From Eubacteriales bacterium (GTDB lineage Bacteria; Bacillota; Clostridia; Oscillospirales; CAG-272): DNA of 64,000 nt. The DNA is taken from positions 2,902-66,901 of the forward strand of contig JAZSBL010000030.1 of the NCBI GenBank assembly GCA_045602385.1, in the 5' to 3' direction. Below the pieces are notes generated by a model. The model was given only the letters and a program-made list of their open reading frames with translations, had not been told where the DNA came from and did no database searches. Within the stretch, counting starts at the first letter, position 1, and every line of letters starts with the position of its first letter. A program made the position numbers and the translations under genes. Positions 43,824-51,563 of the stretch are shown one piece after another.

Positions 43824-45200
43824 TCATATTCTCTTGAATCTGCCAAGCGACAGCTCCTCAAGCTTGGTTTCAAGCTCATAAGTCGACATGGCCGCGACTC
43901 TGCCGCCCTCGTATTCCTTGTCGATCCATTCCTTCATCTTAACCACAAGCGCATCCTTTTTATCCACGCGCTCCGATTCGGTGAGCTTATAGTTTTCATT
44001 GATCCAATATGCGATACCCGCGAGTCCGGAGGTCTTGCTCACCTGAACGCCCGCAGAACGGTTCAAAATCTTTTTCGTGTTGAATATATTATAAATTTCC
44101 TCATCCTTTAAAAGCCCGTCAGCGTGGATTCCCGCGCGTGTTATGTTGAAATCTCTGCCTACGAATGGGGTCATGGGAGGAATTTTGTATCCCATTTCCT
44201 CACTGAAATAGTTGGCAATATCCGTAATAGCCGTTGTGTCCATGCCATCAAGCGAGCCGCGGAGCGACGCGTATTCAAATATCATCGCCTCAAGCGGAAT
44301 ATTACCCGTGCGCTCGCCTATTCCAAGCAAGGAGCAGTTGACCGCGCTCGCGCCGTAGAGCCATGCGGTGCTTGCGTTTGCTACCGCCTTGTAGAAATCG
44401 TTGTGACCGTGCCACTCAAGCATCTCGCTCTCAACGTCCGAATAGTGCTGGAGTCCGTAGATTATACCCGGAACGCTTCTGGGGAGCGCGACCTCGGTAT
44501 AAGGCACGCCGTAGCCCATCGTATCACATGCGCGAATCTTGACGGGAATATTTGCGTCCCTCGACATCTTCATAAGCTCGTTTACAAAAGGCACTACGAA
44601 GCCGTAGAAATCAGCTCTTGTAATATCCTCAAGGTGACACCTCGGCATTACGCCGGCCTCAAATGCGTCGTATACTGTTTCAAGGTATTTTTTCATGCAC
44701 TCACTGCGACTCATCTTCATTTTCTTAAATATATGATAGTCGCTGCAGCTGACTAGAATTCCCGTTTCGCGTATACCAAGGTCGCGTACCAGCTTAAAGT
44801 CCTCTCTTGAGGCTCTTATCCATGTGGTTATTTCGGGAAAGCGGAGTCCAAGCTCACGGCATTTTTCTATCGCTTCCCTATCCTTTTGACTGTAAATAAA
44901 GAACTCGGTCTGCCTGATTATTCCGTAAGGACCGCCAAGCCTTGACATAAGCTTATAAAGGTTTACTATCTGATCTACGGTATAGGGATTGACCGATTGC
45001 TGACCGTCTCTGAAGGACGTGTCGGTTATCCATATTTCTTCCGGCATGTTTATCGGCACACGGCGATGGTTGAACGCCACCTTGGGTACCGATTCGTAAT
45101 CATATATATCTCTGTAAAGATTAGGCTCCTCTACGTCCTGGAGCTGATAGCGGTATTGCTTTTGCTCAAGCAGATTGGTTTTATTAGATATCTCAAGCAT
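43824..45200 (-). CDS. homocitrate-synthase-like enzyme, probable Re-citrate synthase
   Basis: 458 aa. DRE-TIM/HMGL-like motifs ITDTSFRDGQQS and HGHNDF. It heads an operon with aconitase and IDH, the arrangement known for clostridial Re-citrate synthase. Confidence 0.75.
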   Translation of the reverse strand: MLEISNKTNLLEQKQYRYQLQDVEEPNLYRDIYDYESVPKVAFNHRRVPINMPEEIWITDTSFRDGQQSVNPYTVDQIVNLYKLMSRLGGPYGIIRQTEFFIYSQKDREAIEKCRELGLRFPEITTWIRASREDFKLVRDLGIRETGILVSCSDYHIFKKMKMSRSECMKKYLETVYDAFEAGVMPRCHLEDITRADFYGFVVPFVNELMKMSRDANIPVKIRACDTMGYGVPYTEVALPRSVPGIIYGLQHYSDVESEMLEWHGHNDFYKAVANASTAWLYGASAVNCSLLGIGERTGNIPLEAMIFEYASLRGSLDGMDTTAITDIANYFSEEMGYKIPPMTPFVGRDFNITRAGIHADGLLKDEEIYNIFNTKKILNRSAGVQVSKTSGLAGIAYWINENYKLTESERVDKKDALVVKMKEWIDKEYEGGRVAAMSTYELETKLEELSLGRFKRI

Positions 45201-45289
45201 CGTTCTCTCTCCTTTTGTCTATTGCGCGTTGTATTCAAATTATCTATTAAAATATTCCTTATTTTTCTTCACGACCAGGAATGTATACA

Positions 45290-45318
45290 ATTATACAATT
45301 ATTCACTCTCGTTGTCAA
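45290..45318 (-). promoter_or_regulatory. Consensus sigma-A promoter of the citrate-synthase/aconitase/IDH operon
   Basis: On the minus strand: TTGACA (45313-45318), 17 nt, TATAAT (45290-45295). It is followed by TTGTATAATTGTATACA containing the palindrome TGTATACA. Confidence 0.55.
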
Positions 45319-45409
45319 GAGTTTTCTGAAAATTATATAAAAAAGAGATTATGATTTTTTTTCAAGTCCTAAAAAGTCAATTATTATAATAAAGCGCAAA
45401 AAGTAACGA

Positions 45410-45438
45410 TTGACAGGATGTGTCTGATATGATATAAT
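45410..45438 (+). promoter_or_regulatory. Consensus sigma-A promoter for the SDR gene
   Basis: TTGACA (45410-45415), 17 nt, TATAAT (45433-45438). Confidence 0.55.
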
Positions 45439-45527
45439 TCAAATAAGGACAATATTATAACATTTTCAAGTACTTATCGTATTATATCGGTAAGGCGAGC
45501 AATAAAAAAACATAAAGGAGAAAAACA

Positions 45528-46331
45528 ATGAGCTTTTTGAAGGACAAGGTAGCAATTATCACGGGCGGCGGCAGAGCAGAGCCTCTTGATGACGGCTCTG
45601 CCGGATCCATTGGATACGGTATAGCGATTGCGTATGCCAAGGAGGGCGCGAATCTCGTTTTGACGGGACGAAATATGCAGAAGCTGACAGACGCTAAGGA
45701 AGAGCTTGAGCGACTGTACGGCGTTAAGGTTCTGGCAATTGCCGCAGATGTAAATGCTAATACAGACGGCGAGGCGGTAGCACGCGGGGTTGTAGAAAAG
45801 ACTATATCCGAATTCGGCAGAATTGACGTGCTGATCAACAACGCGCAGGCATCAGCTTCGGGCGTAAGACTTTGTGACCATACCACAGAGCAGTTTGATC
45901 TTGCTATATATTCGGGACTTTATGCCGCATTCTACTATATGAAGGCATGCTATCCATATCTCAAGGAAACAAAGGGAACAGTTATCAACTTCGCATCCGG
46001 AGCGGGACTTTTCGGCAACTTCGGTCAGTGCGCGTATGCTGCGGCAAAGGAAGGAATAAGAGGTCTTTCGCGCGTTGCTGCAACCGAATGGGGTCCCGAC
46101 GGAATAAACGTAAACGTCGTATGTCCTCTTGCTTGGACGTCTCAGCTTGAAAAATGGAAGAAGTATAACCCCGAAGCGTTTGAAGCTAACGTAAAGATGC
46201 CCCCGATGGGACATTTCGGGCACAGCGAAAATGAGATCGGTCGCGCCTGCGTTCAGCTTGCATCCCCGGACTTTAAATTTATGTCAGGTGAGACCCTCAC
46301 CCTTGAGGGAGGCCTCGGACAGAGACCTTAA
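45528..46331 (+). CDS. short-chain dehydrogenase/reductase (SDR)
   Basis: 267 aa. Rossmann motif ITGGG...GIA, NNAQ, and catalytic YAAAK. Confidence 0.88.
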   Translation: MSFLKDKVAIITGGGRAEPLDDGSAGSIGYGIAIAYAKEGANLVLTGRNMQKLTDAKEELERLYGVKVLAIAADVNANTDGEAVARGVVEKTISEFGRIDVLINNAQASASGVRLCDHTTEQFDLAIYSGLYAAFYYMKACYPYLKETKGTVINFASGAGLFGNFGQCAYAAAKEGIRGLSRVAATEWGPDGINVNVVCPLAWTSQLEKWKKYNPEAFEANVKMPPMGHFGHSENEIGRACVQLASPDFKFMSGETLTLEGGLGQRP

Positions 46332-46361
46332 TTCAATAAAGGCATTAAATATTAATCCCAA

Positions 46362-46408
46362 AGATCCCACGGTTTTAGAGATAAAGCCGTGGGATTTTCA
46401 TCTTTTTG
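46362..46408 (+). terminator. Rho-independent terminator
   Basis: ATCCCACGG (46364-46372) pairs with CCGTGGGAT (46387-46395), followed by T-rich sequence. Confidence 0.6.
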
Positions 46409-46480
46409 AATACAAAATTAAAATATGGCATATTGCATAAAATATTCACTTAAATTTTATCACTTGTTTACAAAACACAA

Positions 46481-46509
46481 TTGACATTTTATGAAAAAGA
46501 AAGTATAAT
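46481..46509 (+). promoter_or_regulatory. Consensus sigma-A promoter
   Basis: TTGACA (46481-46486), 17 nt, TATAAT (46504-46509). Confidence 0.55.
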
Positions 46510-46556
46510 TATGCGGTTTTGTAAAAAAGATTCAGAAAAGGAGACACATTAAATCC

Positions 46557-47972
46557 ATGCAAACTGTAATTGACAGTATAAAATCAGCGATAAACACCGT
46601 GATACCCAGTACGGAAATAAGCGGTGGCGATCTTGATACACTTCTTATGTCGTTCGCTATATTGGGTATGCTTTTGGTCGTAGGAACTATACTCCGTCTT
46701 TACGTACCCTTTATAAAGAAATTCTTTCTCCCCGCATCACTTATCGCGGGCGTGGTCGGCCTTTTGCTCGGCCCCAGCGTCCTCGGCCTCATTCCCAAGA
46801 ATATAGTTAACTGTTGGTCAAGCCTCTCGGGCAAGCTTATCGTATTGGTATTCGCCCCCATGCTCATGGGCAAGAAGCAGGCATCCGGTAAGAAGTACGC
46901 GAGAAAGACCTTTAACGGAATATGCTTTGCATACGGCTGCTCCATGGCACAGTATGCTATCCCGCTTTTGTTGACCGCACTTCTCTTCACCCCCCTATTT
47001 GGAACAAACTCACTCTTTGGAATAAGCTTTGAGTCGGGATGGTGCGGAGGTCACGGCACCGCGGCAGGAATGAGCTCTGTTTTTGAGAGCCTTGGTTGGA
47101 CAGAAGGTCAATCCATCGCTGTTACCAACGCTACGTTCGGATTGCTTTGCGGCGTATTCGGTGGAATCGTGCTTGTAAACATTGCGGCAAGACGCGGATG
47201 GGCAAAGCATATCGGCAGCGGAAACTCCCTTAGCATCAAGAACACAGAGACCGAGCTTTATACCGACGAAAATAAAGCTACCGACACAAAGATTGCCGTA
47301 TCCGGCAAGGTAATTGATAACTTCGCCTTCCACGCCGCTATTCTTTCAATCGCGATCTTCCTTGGTTGGATAATCTCCTACCTCCTTAAGACCTATCTCC
47401 ACATTTCTCTGCAGTGGTTCACCACGTCAATGCTGGCGGGCGGACTTGTTCAGCTTGTGCTCAACAGAACGAAGTGGGGCGATGCGGTTGATACAAAGGT
47501 TTATTCCAGAATTCAGGGTATCGCTCTTGAATTCCTTGTTGCAGGCGCGGTAGCATCGCTTAACCTCCAGGTTATCGCAGATAATATCGTTCCCATCGCA
47601 ATCGCAACCGTTATCATTTTTGCATTCATGGTCGCATACACACTCTTCTACGCAAGAGGAATATTCGGCAAAGACTGGTTTGAGAGCAGTATCCTTAATT
47701 ACGGCATGTGCTCCGGCGTTGTCGCAACGGGTATGCTTCTTTTGAAGGTCTGTGACCCCGAGAATAAATCCGAGGCACTTCCCCTCTATGCAATACGAGC
47801 CCCCTTCATCTCGCTGATTGTGGGCGGAGGTATAATTACCACGACAATGCCCGTGTGGGTAGATCAGTTCGGAATTCTTCCCGTGGCGCTTGTCTCCCTT
47901 GGCGCATTCATTGTCCTTTCTCTGCTCCCAATTATATGCAGAACCTGGTATAAGAAAGGTAAAGAAGAATAA
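46557..47972 (+). CDS. polytopic membrane transporter, possibly Na+/glutamate symporter (GltS/ESS-like)
   Basis: 471 aa with about 12 hydrophobic segments. The N-terminal pattern LLVVGTILR...FIKKFFLPASLIAGVVGLLLGP resembles GltS. The family assignment is tentative. Confidence 0.5.
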   Translation: MQTVIDSIKSAINTVIPSTEISGGDLDTLLMSFAILGMLLVVGTILRLYVPFIKKFFLPASLIAGVVGLLLGPSVLGLIPKNIVNCWSSLSGKLIVLVFAPMLMGKKQASGKKYARKTFNGICFAYGCSMAQYAIPLLLTALLFTPLFGTNSLFGISFESGWCGGHGTAAGMSSVFESLGWTEGQSIAVTNATFGLLCGVFGGIVLVNIAARRGWAKHIGSGNSLSIKNTETELYTDENKATDTKIAVSGKVIDNFAFHAAILSIAIFLGWIISYLLKTYLHISLQWFTTSMLAGGLVQLVLNRTKWGDAVDTKVYSRIQGIALEFLVAGAVASLNLQVIADNIVPIAIATVIIFAFMVAYTLFYARGIFGKDWFESSILNYGMCSGVVATGMLLLKVCDPENKSEALPLYAIRAPFISLIVGGGIITTTMPVWVDQFGILPVALVSLGAFIVLSLLPIICRTWYKKGKEE

Positions 47973-47987
47973 TTTTTACACACATTT

Positions 47988-48021
47988 CCTCGCTCCGCTC
48001 TAACGGAGCGGGGATTTTTTC
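47988..48021 (+). terminator. Rho-independent terminator
   Basis: CCTCGCTCCG (47988-47997) pairs with CGGAGCGGGG (48004-48013) at 9 of 10 positions, followed by T6. Confidence 0.7.
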
Positions 48022-48071
48022 TTACCCGCATAAAAATATTTAGCGAAGTGTACTAAATTTGTAAAAACGTG

Positions 48072-48100
48072 TTGACTAGGCGCGAAACAAGTGATAAAAT
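48072..48100 (+). promoter_or_regulatory. Candidate sigma-A promoter
   Basis: TTGACT (48072-48077), 17 nt, TAAAAT (48095-48100). Confidence 0.5.
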
Positions 48101-48132
48101 GTAGGTGTAAAAATTTTAATTTGGAGGATCAA

Positions 48133-50328
48133 ATGCAACTTACCAAAATTCTTTCACTTCTCCTCGTGCTCGTTATGCTGCTCAGCGCAGTTGCCTGCGA
48201 TATGTTTGGCAACGATGCAGAAAGCGAAAACGCAAACGAGACAACTGCTACCGAAGCAAAAGAAACAACCGCCAAGGAAGAAGAACCCTCTGACGAGGAA
48301 GAAGACCCCTCTGACGAGGAAGAAGAAACCACTACCAAGGAAGAAGAAACCACTACCAAGGAAGAGGAATCCACTACCAAGGAAGAAGAGTCCACCGCGA
48401 ACATACAGACTATAACCATCGCAGAAGCACTTGAGCTTTGCGGAGAGCCCGGCAACAAAACCACCGAGAGATACTACATTCGCGCGACTATTAAGTCCAT
48501 TTCCAACTCTCAGTACGGCTCTATGGTCATCTACGATGAGACCGGAGAGATCTCGGTATACGGAACGTACAGCGCAGACGGCTCAAAATATTTCAATGAG
48601 CTCGACCCCATGCCTAACAAGGGCGACGAGGTTCTTCTCTACTGTATCCTCCAGAACTATAACGGAACAAAAGAGGTCCAGAACGCAAGACTTATCGAGC
48701 TTGTTCCCGGTGATAACACCGTAGACCTCACACAGTATAAAAACGCAACCATCGCAGAAGCAAGAGCTGCCGAAGTTGGCGAAAAGCTTATCGTAAGCGG
48801 TACTGTTGCAGGCATTACATACGCTAACGGACACAAACCCAGCGGCGTTGTTCTCGTAAACGGCGCAGATTCCATCTACGTATACAGCAATGACCTTGCG
48901 GGCAGAGTTAAGGTCGGTAGCCGTGTAGAGGTTGCCGCATCCAAGACCTATTGGATCCTTGAAACAGAGCAATCCAATGCTGCAGCGCACGGATATAAGG
49001 GATGCAATCAGCTTGAGGACGTAACCGTTATCTCGGTTACCGACGGCGAGGACAATTGGACGAACGGTCCCATTCCGACAACAACAATCAAAGAGATCAT
49101 GGATACTCCGTTCTCCACTGACATTACAACACAGGTGTTTAAGACAACTGCCCTTGTTACAAAGGCTCCCGGCAACGGATTTACTAACTACTATCTCAAC
49201 GACCTTGACGAAACCACCGGTTCTTACGTTTACACACAGTGCAACGGCAACGACTTCGCTTGGATTGATGCGTTTGACGGCAAGATCTGCACAGTATACT
49301 TTATGGTCATCAACGCAAAGTCCGAGGTTAAGGGATGCACATACCGCTTCCTCCCCTTGAAGATCGTTGACGAAAATTACACCTTCGATACCAACGACAC
49401 GGCAGCGTTTGTAACGGAGTACCACGGCGCAACACAGTTCGCGGCAAGCTACACAGGTAACCCCGCACTTGAGCTTAAAACAAGTGTATCCTCCGCTCTT
49501 CTCGGCTTCGAGAACGCAACACTCTCTTATGCATCAAGCGACGAGAGCGTTATCAAGATCGAGGTTGTTGATGGCAAACCGATCATGAACTGCCTAAAGA
49601 CAGGTACTGCTACAATCGCGGTAACAGGCTTCTACGGCGGCATTTCGTATAGCACCACCGTTACAGTGACTGTTGATATTCCCACCGAGGAAATTCCCTC
49701 TGTCAACGTTAAGGCTGCAATCGACGCGGCTGTAGGCGAAGAAGTCACCGTTAAGGGCATAGTCGGTCCTTCCCTTGTAAACCAGACAGGCTTCTATCTC
49801 ATCGACGAGAGCGGCGTTATCGCGGTTTGCATGACCGAGGAGGAGCTTGCAAAGGTGCAGCTTGGCCAGGAGATCATTCTCAAGGGTACAAGAGCAACCA
49901 GAACAAAGGGCGGTGCCAATTATTTTGGTCAGACCAACCTTGACGCTTGTGAGATCCTTGTAAACAACTACGGCTCTCACGATTACTCAACCACAACCTT
50001 CATCGAGGGTAAGACCGCGGCTGACTTCTACGCGCTTAACGTCAAGGAGGACCACGGAACCGAGGTTTACGTAATCACGGTTACCGTTGAGGTTGTTGAA
50101 ACCGCATACTACACCAACATGAAGCTTACATCCGGTTCAACCAGCATCTCCCTCTACTGCTCCAGCGCTAGCCAGTACAGCTTCCTCAAGGCTTACGCGG
50201 GACAGGAAGTAACTGTGGAGATAGCTCCTTGTAACTGGAACGACAAGAGCTACTACGCGGGATGCGTTCTTGCTGTAAGAAATGCAGACGGAACAAAGAC
50301 CTATAACGAGCTCAACTTCTCAAAGTAA
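48133..50328 (+). CDS. large surface lipoprotein with an acidic Glu/Thr-rich linker and repeated OB-fold-like modules
   Basis: ATG 48133 follows a GGAGGA RBS. Lipobox LLSAVAC. EEETTTK-type repeats are followed by three segments resembling the OB-fold modules of extracellular nucleases (e.g. VGEEVTVKGIV...GFYLIDESG). Confidence 0.7.
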   Translation: MQLTKILSLLLVLVMLLSAVACDMFGNDAESENANETTATEAKETTAKEEEPSDEEEDPSDEEEETTTKEEETTTKEEESTTKEEESTANIQTITIAEALELCGEPGNKTTERYYIRATIKSISNSQYGSMVIYDETGEISVYGTYSADGSKYFNELDPMPNKGDEVLLYCILQNYNGTKEVQNARLIELVPGDNTVDLTQYKNATIAEARAAEVGEKLIVSGTVAGITYANGHKPSGVVLVNGADSIYVYSNDLAGRVKVGSRVEVAASKTYWILETEQSNAAAHGYKGCNQLEDVTVISVTDGEDNWTNGPIPTTTIKEIMDTPFSTDITTQVFKTTALVTKAPGNGFTNYYLNDLDETTGSYVYTQCNGNDFAWIDAFDGKICTVYFMVINAKSEVKGCTYRFLPLKIVDENYTFDTNDTAAFVTEYHGATQFAASYTGNPALELKTSVSSALLGFENATLSYASSDESVIKIEVVDGKPIMNCLKTGTATIAVTGFYGGISYSTTVTVTVDIPTEEIPSVNVKAAIDAAVGEEVTVKGIVGPSLVNQTGFYLIDESGVIAVCMTEEELAKVQLGQEIILKGTRATRTKGGANYFGQTNLDACEILVNNYGSHDYSTTTFIEGKTAADFYALNVKEDHGTEVYVITVTVEVVETAYYTNMKLTSGSTSISLYCSSASQYSFLKAYAGQEVTVEIAPCNWNDKSYYAGCVLAVRNADGTKTYNELNFSK
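48277..48399 (+). repeat. In-frame 21-nt tandem repeats (about 6 units)
   Basis: GAAGAAGANCCCTCTGACGAG occurs twice, then GAAGAAGAAACCACTACCAAG and variants 3-4 times. They encode EEEPSDE/EEDPSDE/EEETTTK/EEETTTK/EEESTTK/EEEST. Confidence 0.85.
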
Positions 50329-50342
50329 TCAACTAAAATAAC

Positions 50343-50376
50343 AAAAAAGAGCAGACGCAAGTCTGCTCTTTTTCTT
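50343..50376. terminator. Bidirectional terminator
   Basis: AAGAGCAGAC (50347-50356) pairs with GTCTGCTCTT (50361-50370), loop GCAA, with A-run and T-run flanks. Confidence 0.75.
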
Positions 50377-50378
50377 TA

Positions 50379-51403
50379 TTAAATTATCTCGGCAAGCGCC
50401 TCGATATCCTCTTTTGTCGTTGCCCAGCTTGTGCAGAAGCGCACGGCGCAGTGCTTCTCGTCGACTCTCTCCCATATCTCAAATCGAACAAGGGGCGAAA
50501 GATCGGCGATCTTCTCGTCCGAAAGGATGATAAACTGCTGATTTGTCGGCGATTTCTTAAAGAAAGTATATCCCTTTTCTGCAAACAGACACTTTAAGTC
50601 CTCGGCGCGATCGATCGCATTTTTACTTATCTCAAAATACAAATTATCGGTAAAAAGCGTGTCGAACTGAACGCTAAGCAGTCTTCCCTTTGCCAAAAGC
50701 GCGCCATTCTGCTTGACCGTTGTGAAAAAATGCCTCGGCGCATTATTGTGTGTGAAGACCACCGCCTCACCGCAAAGCGCGCCTACCTTTGTGCCGCCGA
50801 TGTAAAAGACGTCGCAAAGATTTGCAATATCACGGAGCGTAACGTCACTCTCACGGCTCATAAGTCCGTATCCAAGCCTCGCGCCGTCGATAAAAAGCGG
50901 AATGTCATGTCGGCGGCATAGCGAGTATATCTCCTCAAGCTCTGCTTTGGCGTATATCGTGCCATATTCGGTCGGATACGAGATGTAGACCATTCCGGGG
51001 ATACCATATGCTCGTGCGCCCCGTCGGCGTAGAAGGAAGAAATAAGCACCTCTACGTCTGCGGCCTTTAATTTGCCGTCATAGCCCGGAACAGTCAACAC
51101 CTTGTGACCCGAGGCCTCGATAGCTCCCGCCTCGTGTGCGCTGATATGGCCGGTCGTAGCGGCAATAACGCCCTCATAATTCTTGAGCATCGAATCTATC
51201 ACTATTCTGTTGGTCTGCGTACCGCCGGTAAGGAATCTCACGTCCGCGCCCTCGCGCCCAACCGCCGCGCGTATCTTCTCTCTCGCGATCTCGGTGTATT
51301 TATCGTTGCCGTATCCGGGACAGGGCTCCATATTGGAATTAACAAGCGCCTCCAGGATCTTAGGATGCGCGCCCACGTTATAATCACATTCAAAAGATAG
51401 CAT
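50379..51403 (-). pseudogene. low-specificity threonine aldolase / beta-eliminating lyase, disrupted by a 1-nt frameshift
   Basis: The N-terminal half (51403 down to about 50995, ...ADGAHEHMVSPE) and the C-terminal half (from 50993, MVYISYPTEYGTIY...GGTKVG) are contiguous in homologues but lie in different frames. One extra A at GGAATGG (minus strand, ~50990-50996) would restore the frame. Confidence 0.75.
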
Positions 51404-51483
51404 AATGCCTCCTGTTATAATCACTAAAACAACTTTAAATATATAATATCAAAAATTGATCCCAAAGTCAAGCCAAATACAAC

Positions 51484-51511
51484 AAAAACCCCCCATAACG
51501 GGGGGCTTTTA
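51484..51511 (-). terminator. Rho-independent terminator after the giant surface-protein gene
   Basis: On the minus strand: GCCCCCC-GTTA-TGGGGGG followed by TTTTTGTT. Confidence 0.65.
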
Positions 51512-51563
51512 TTGCTTCTAAAATTGAACGTATCAATTTTAAAAAATATTTGTTTTGCTTATC

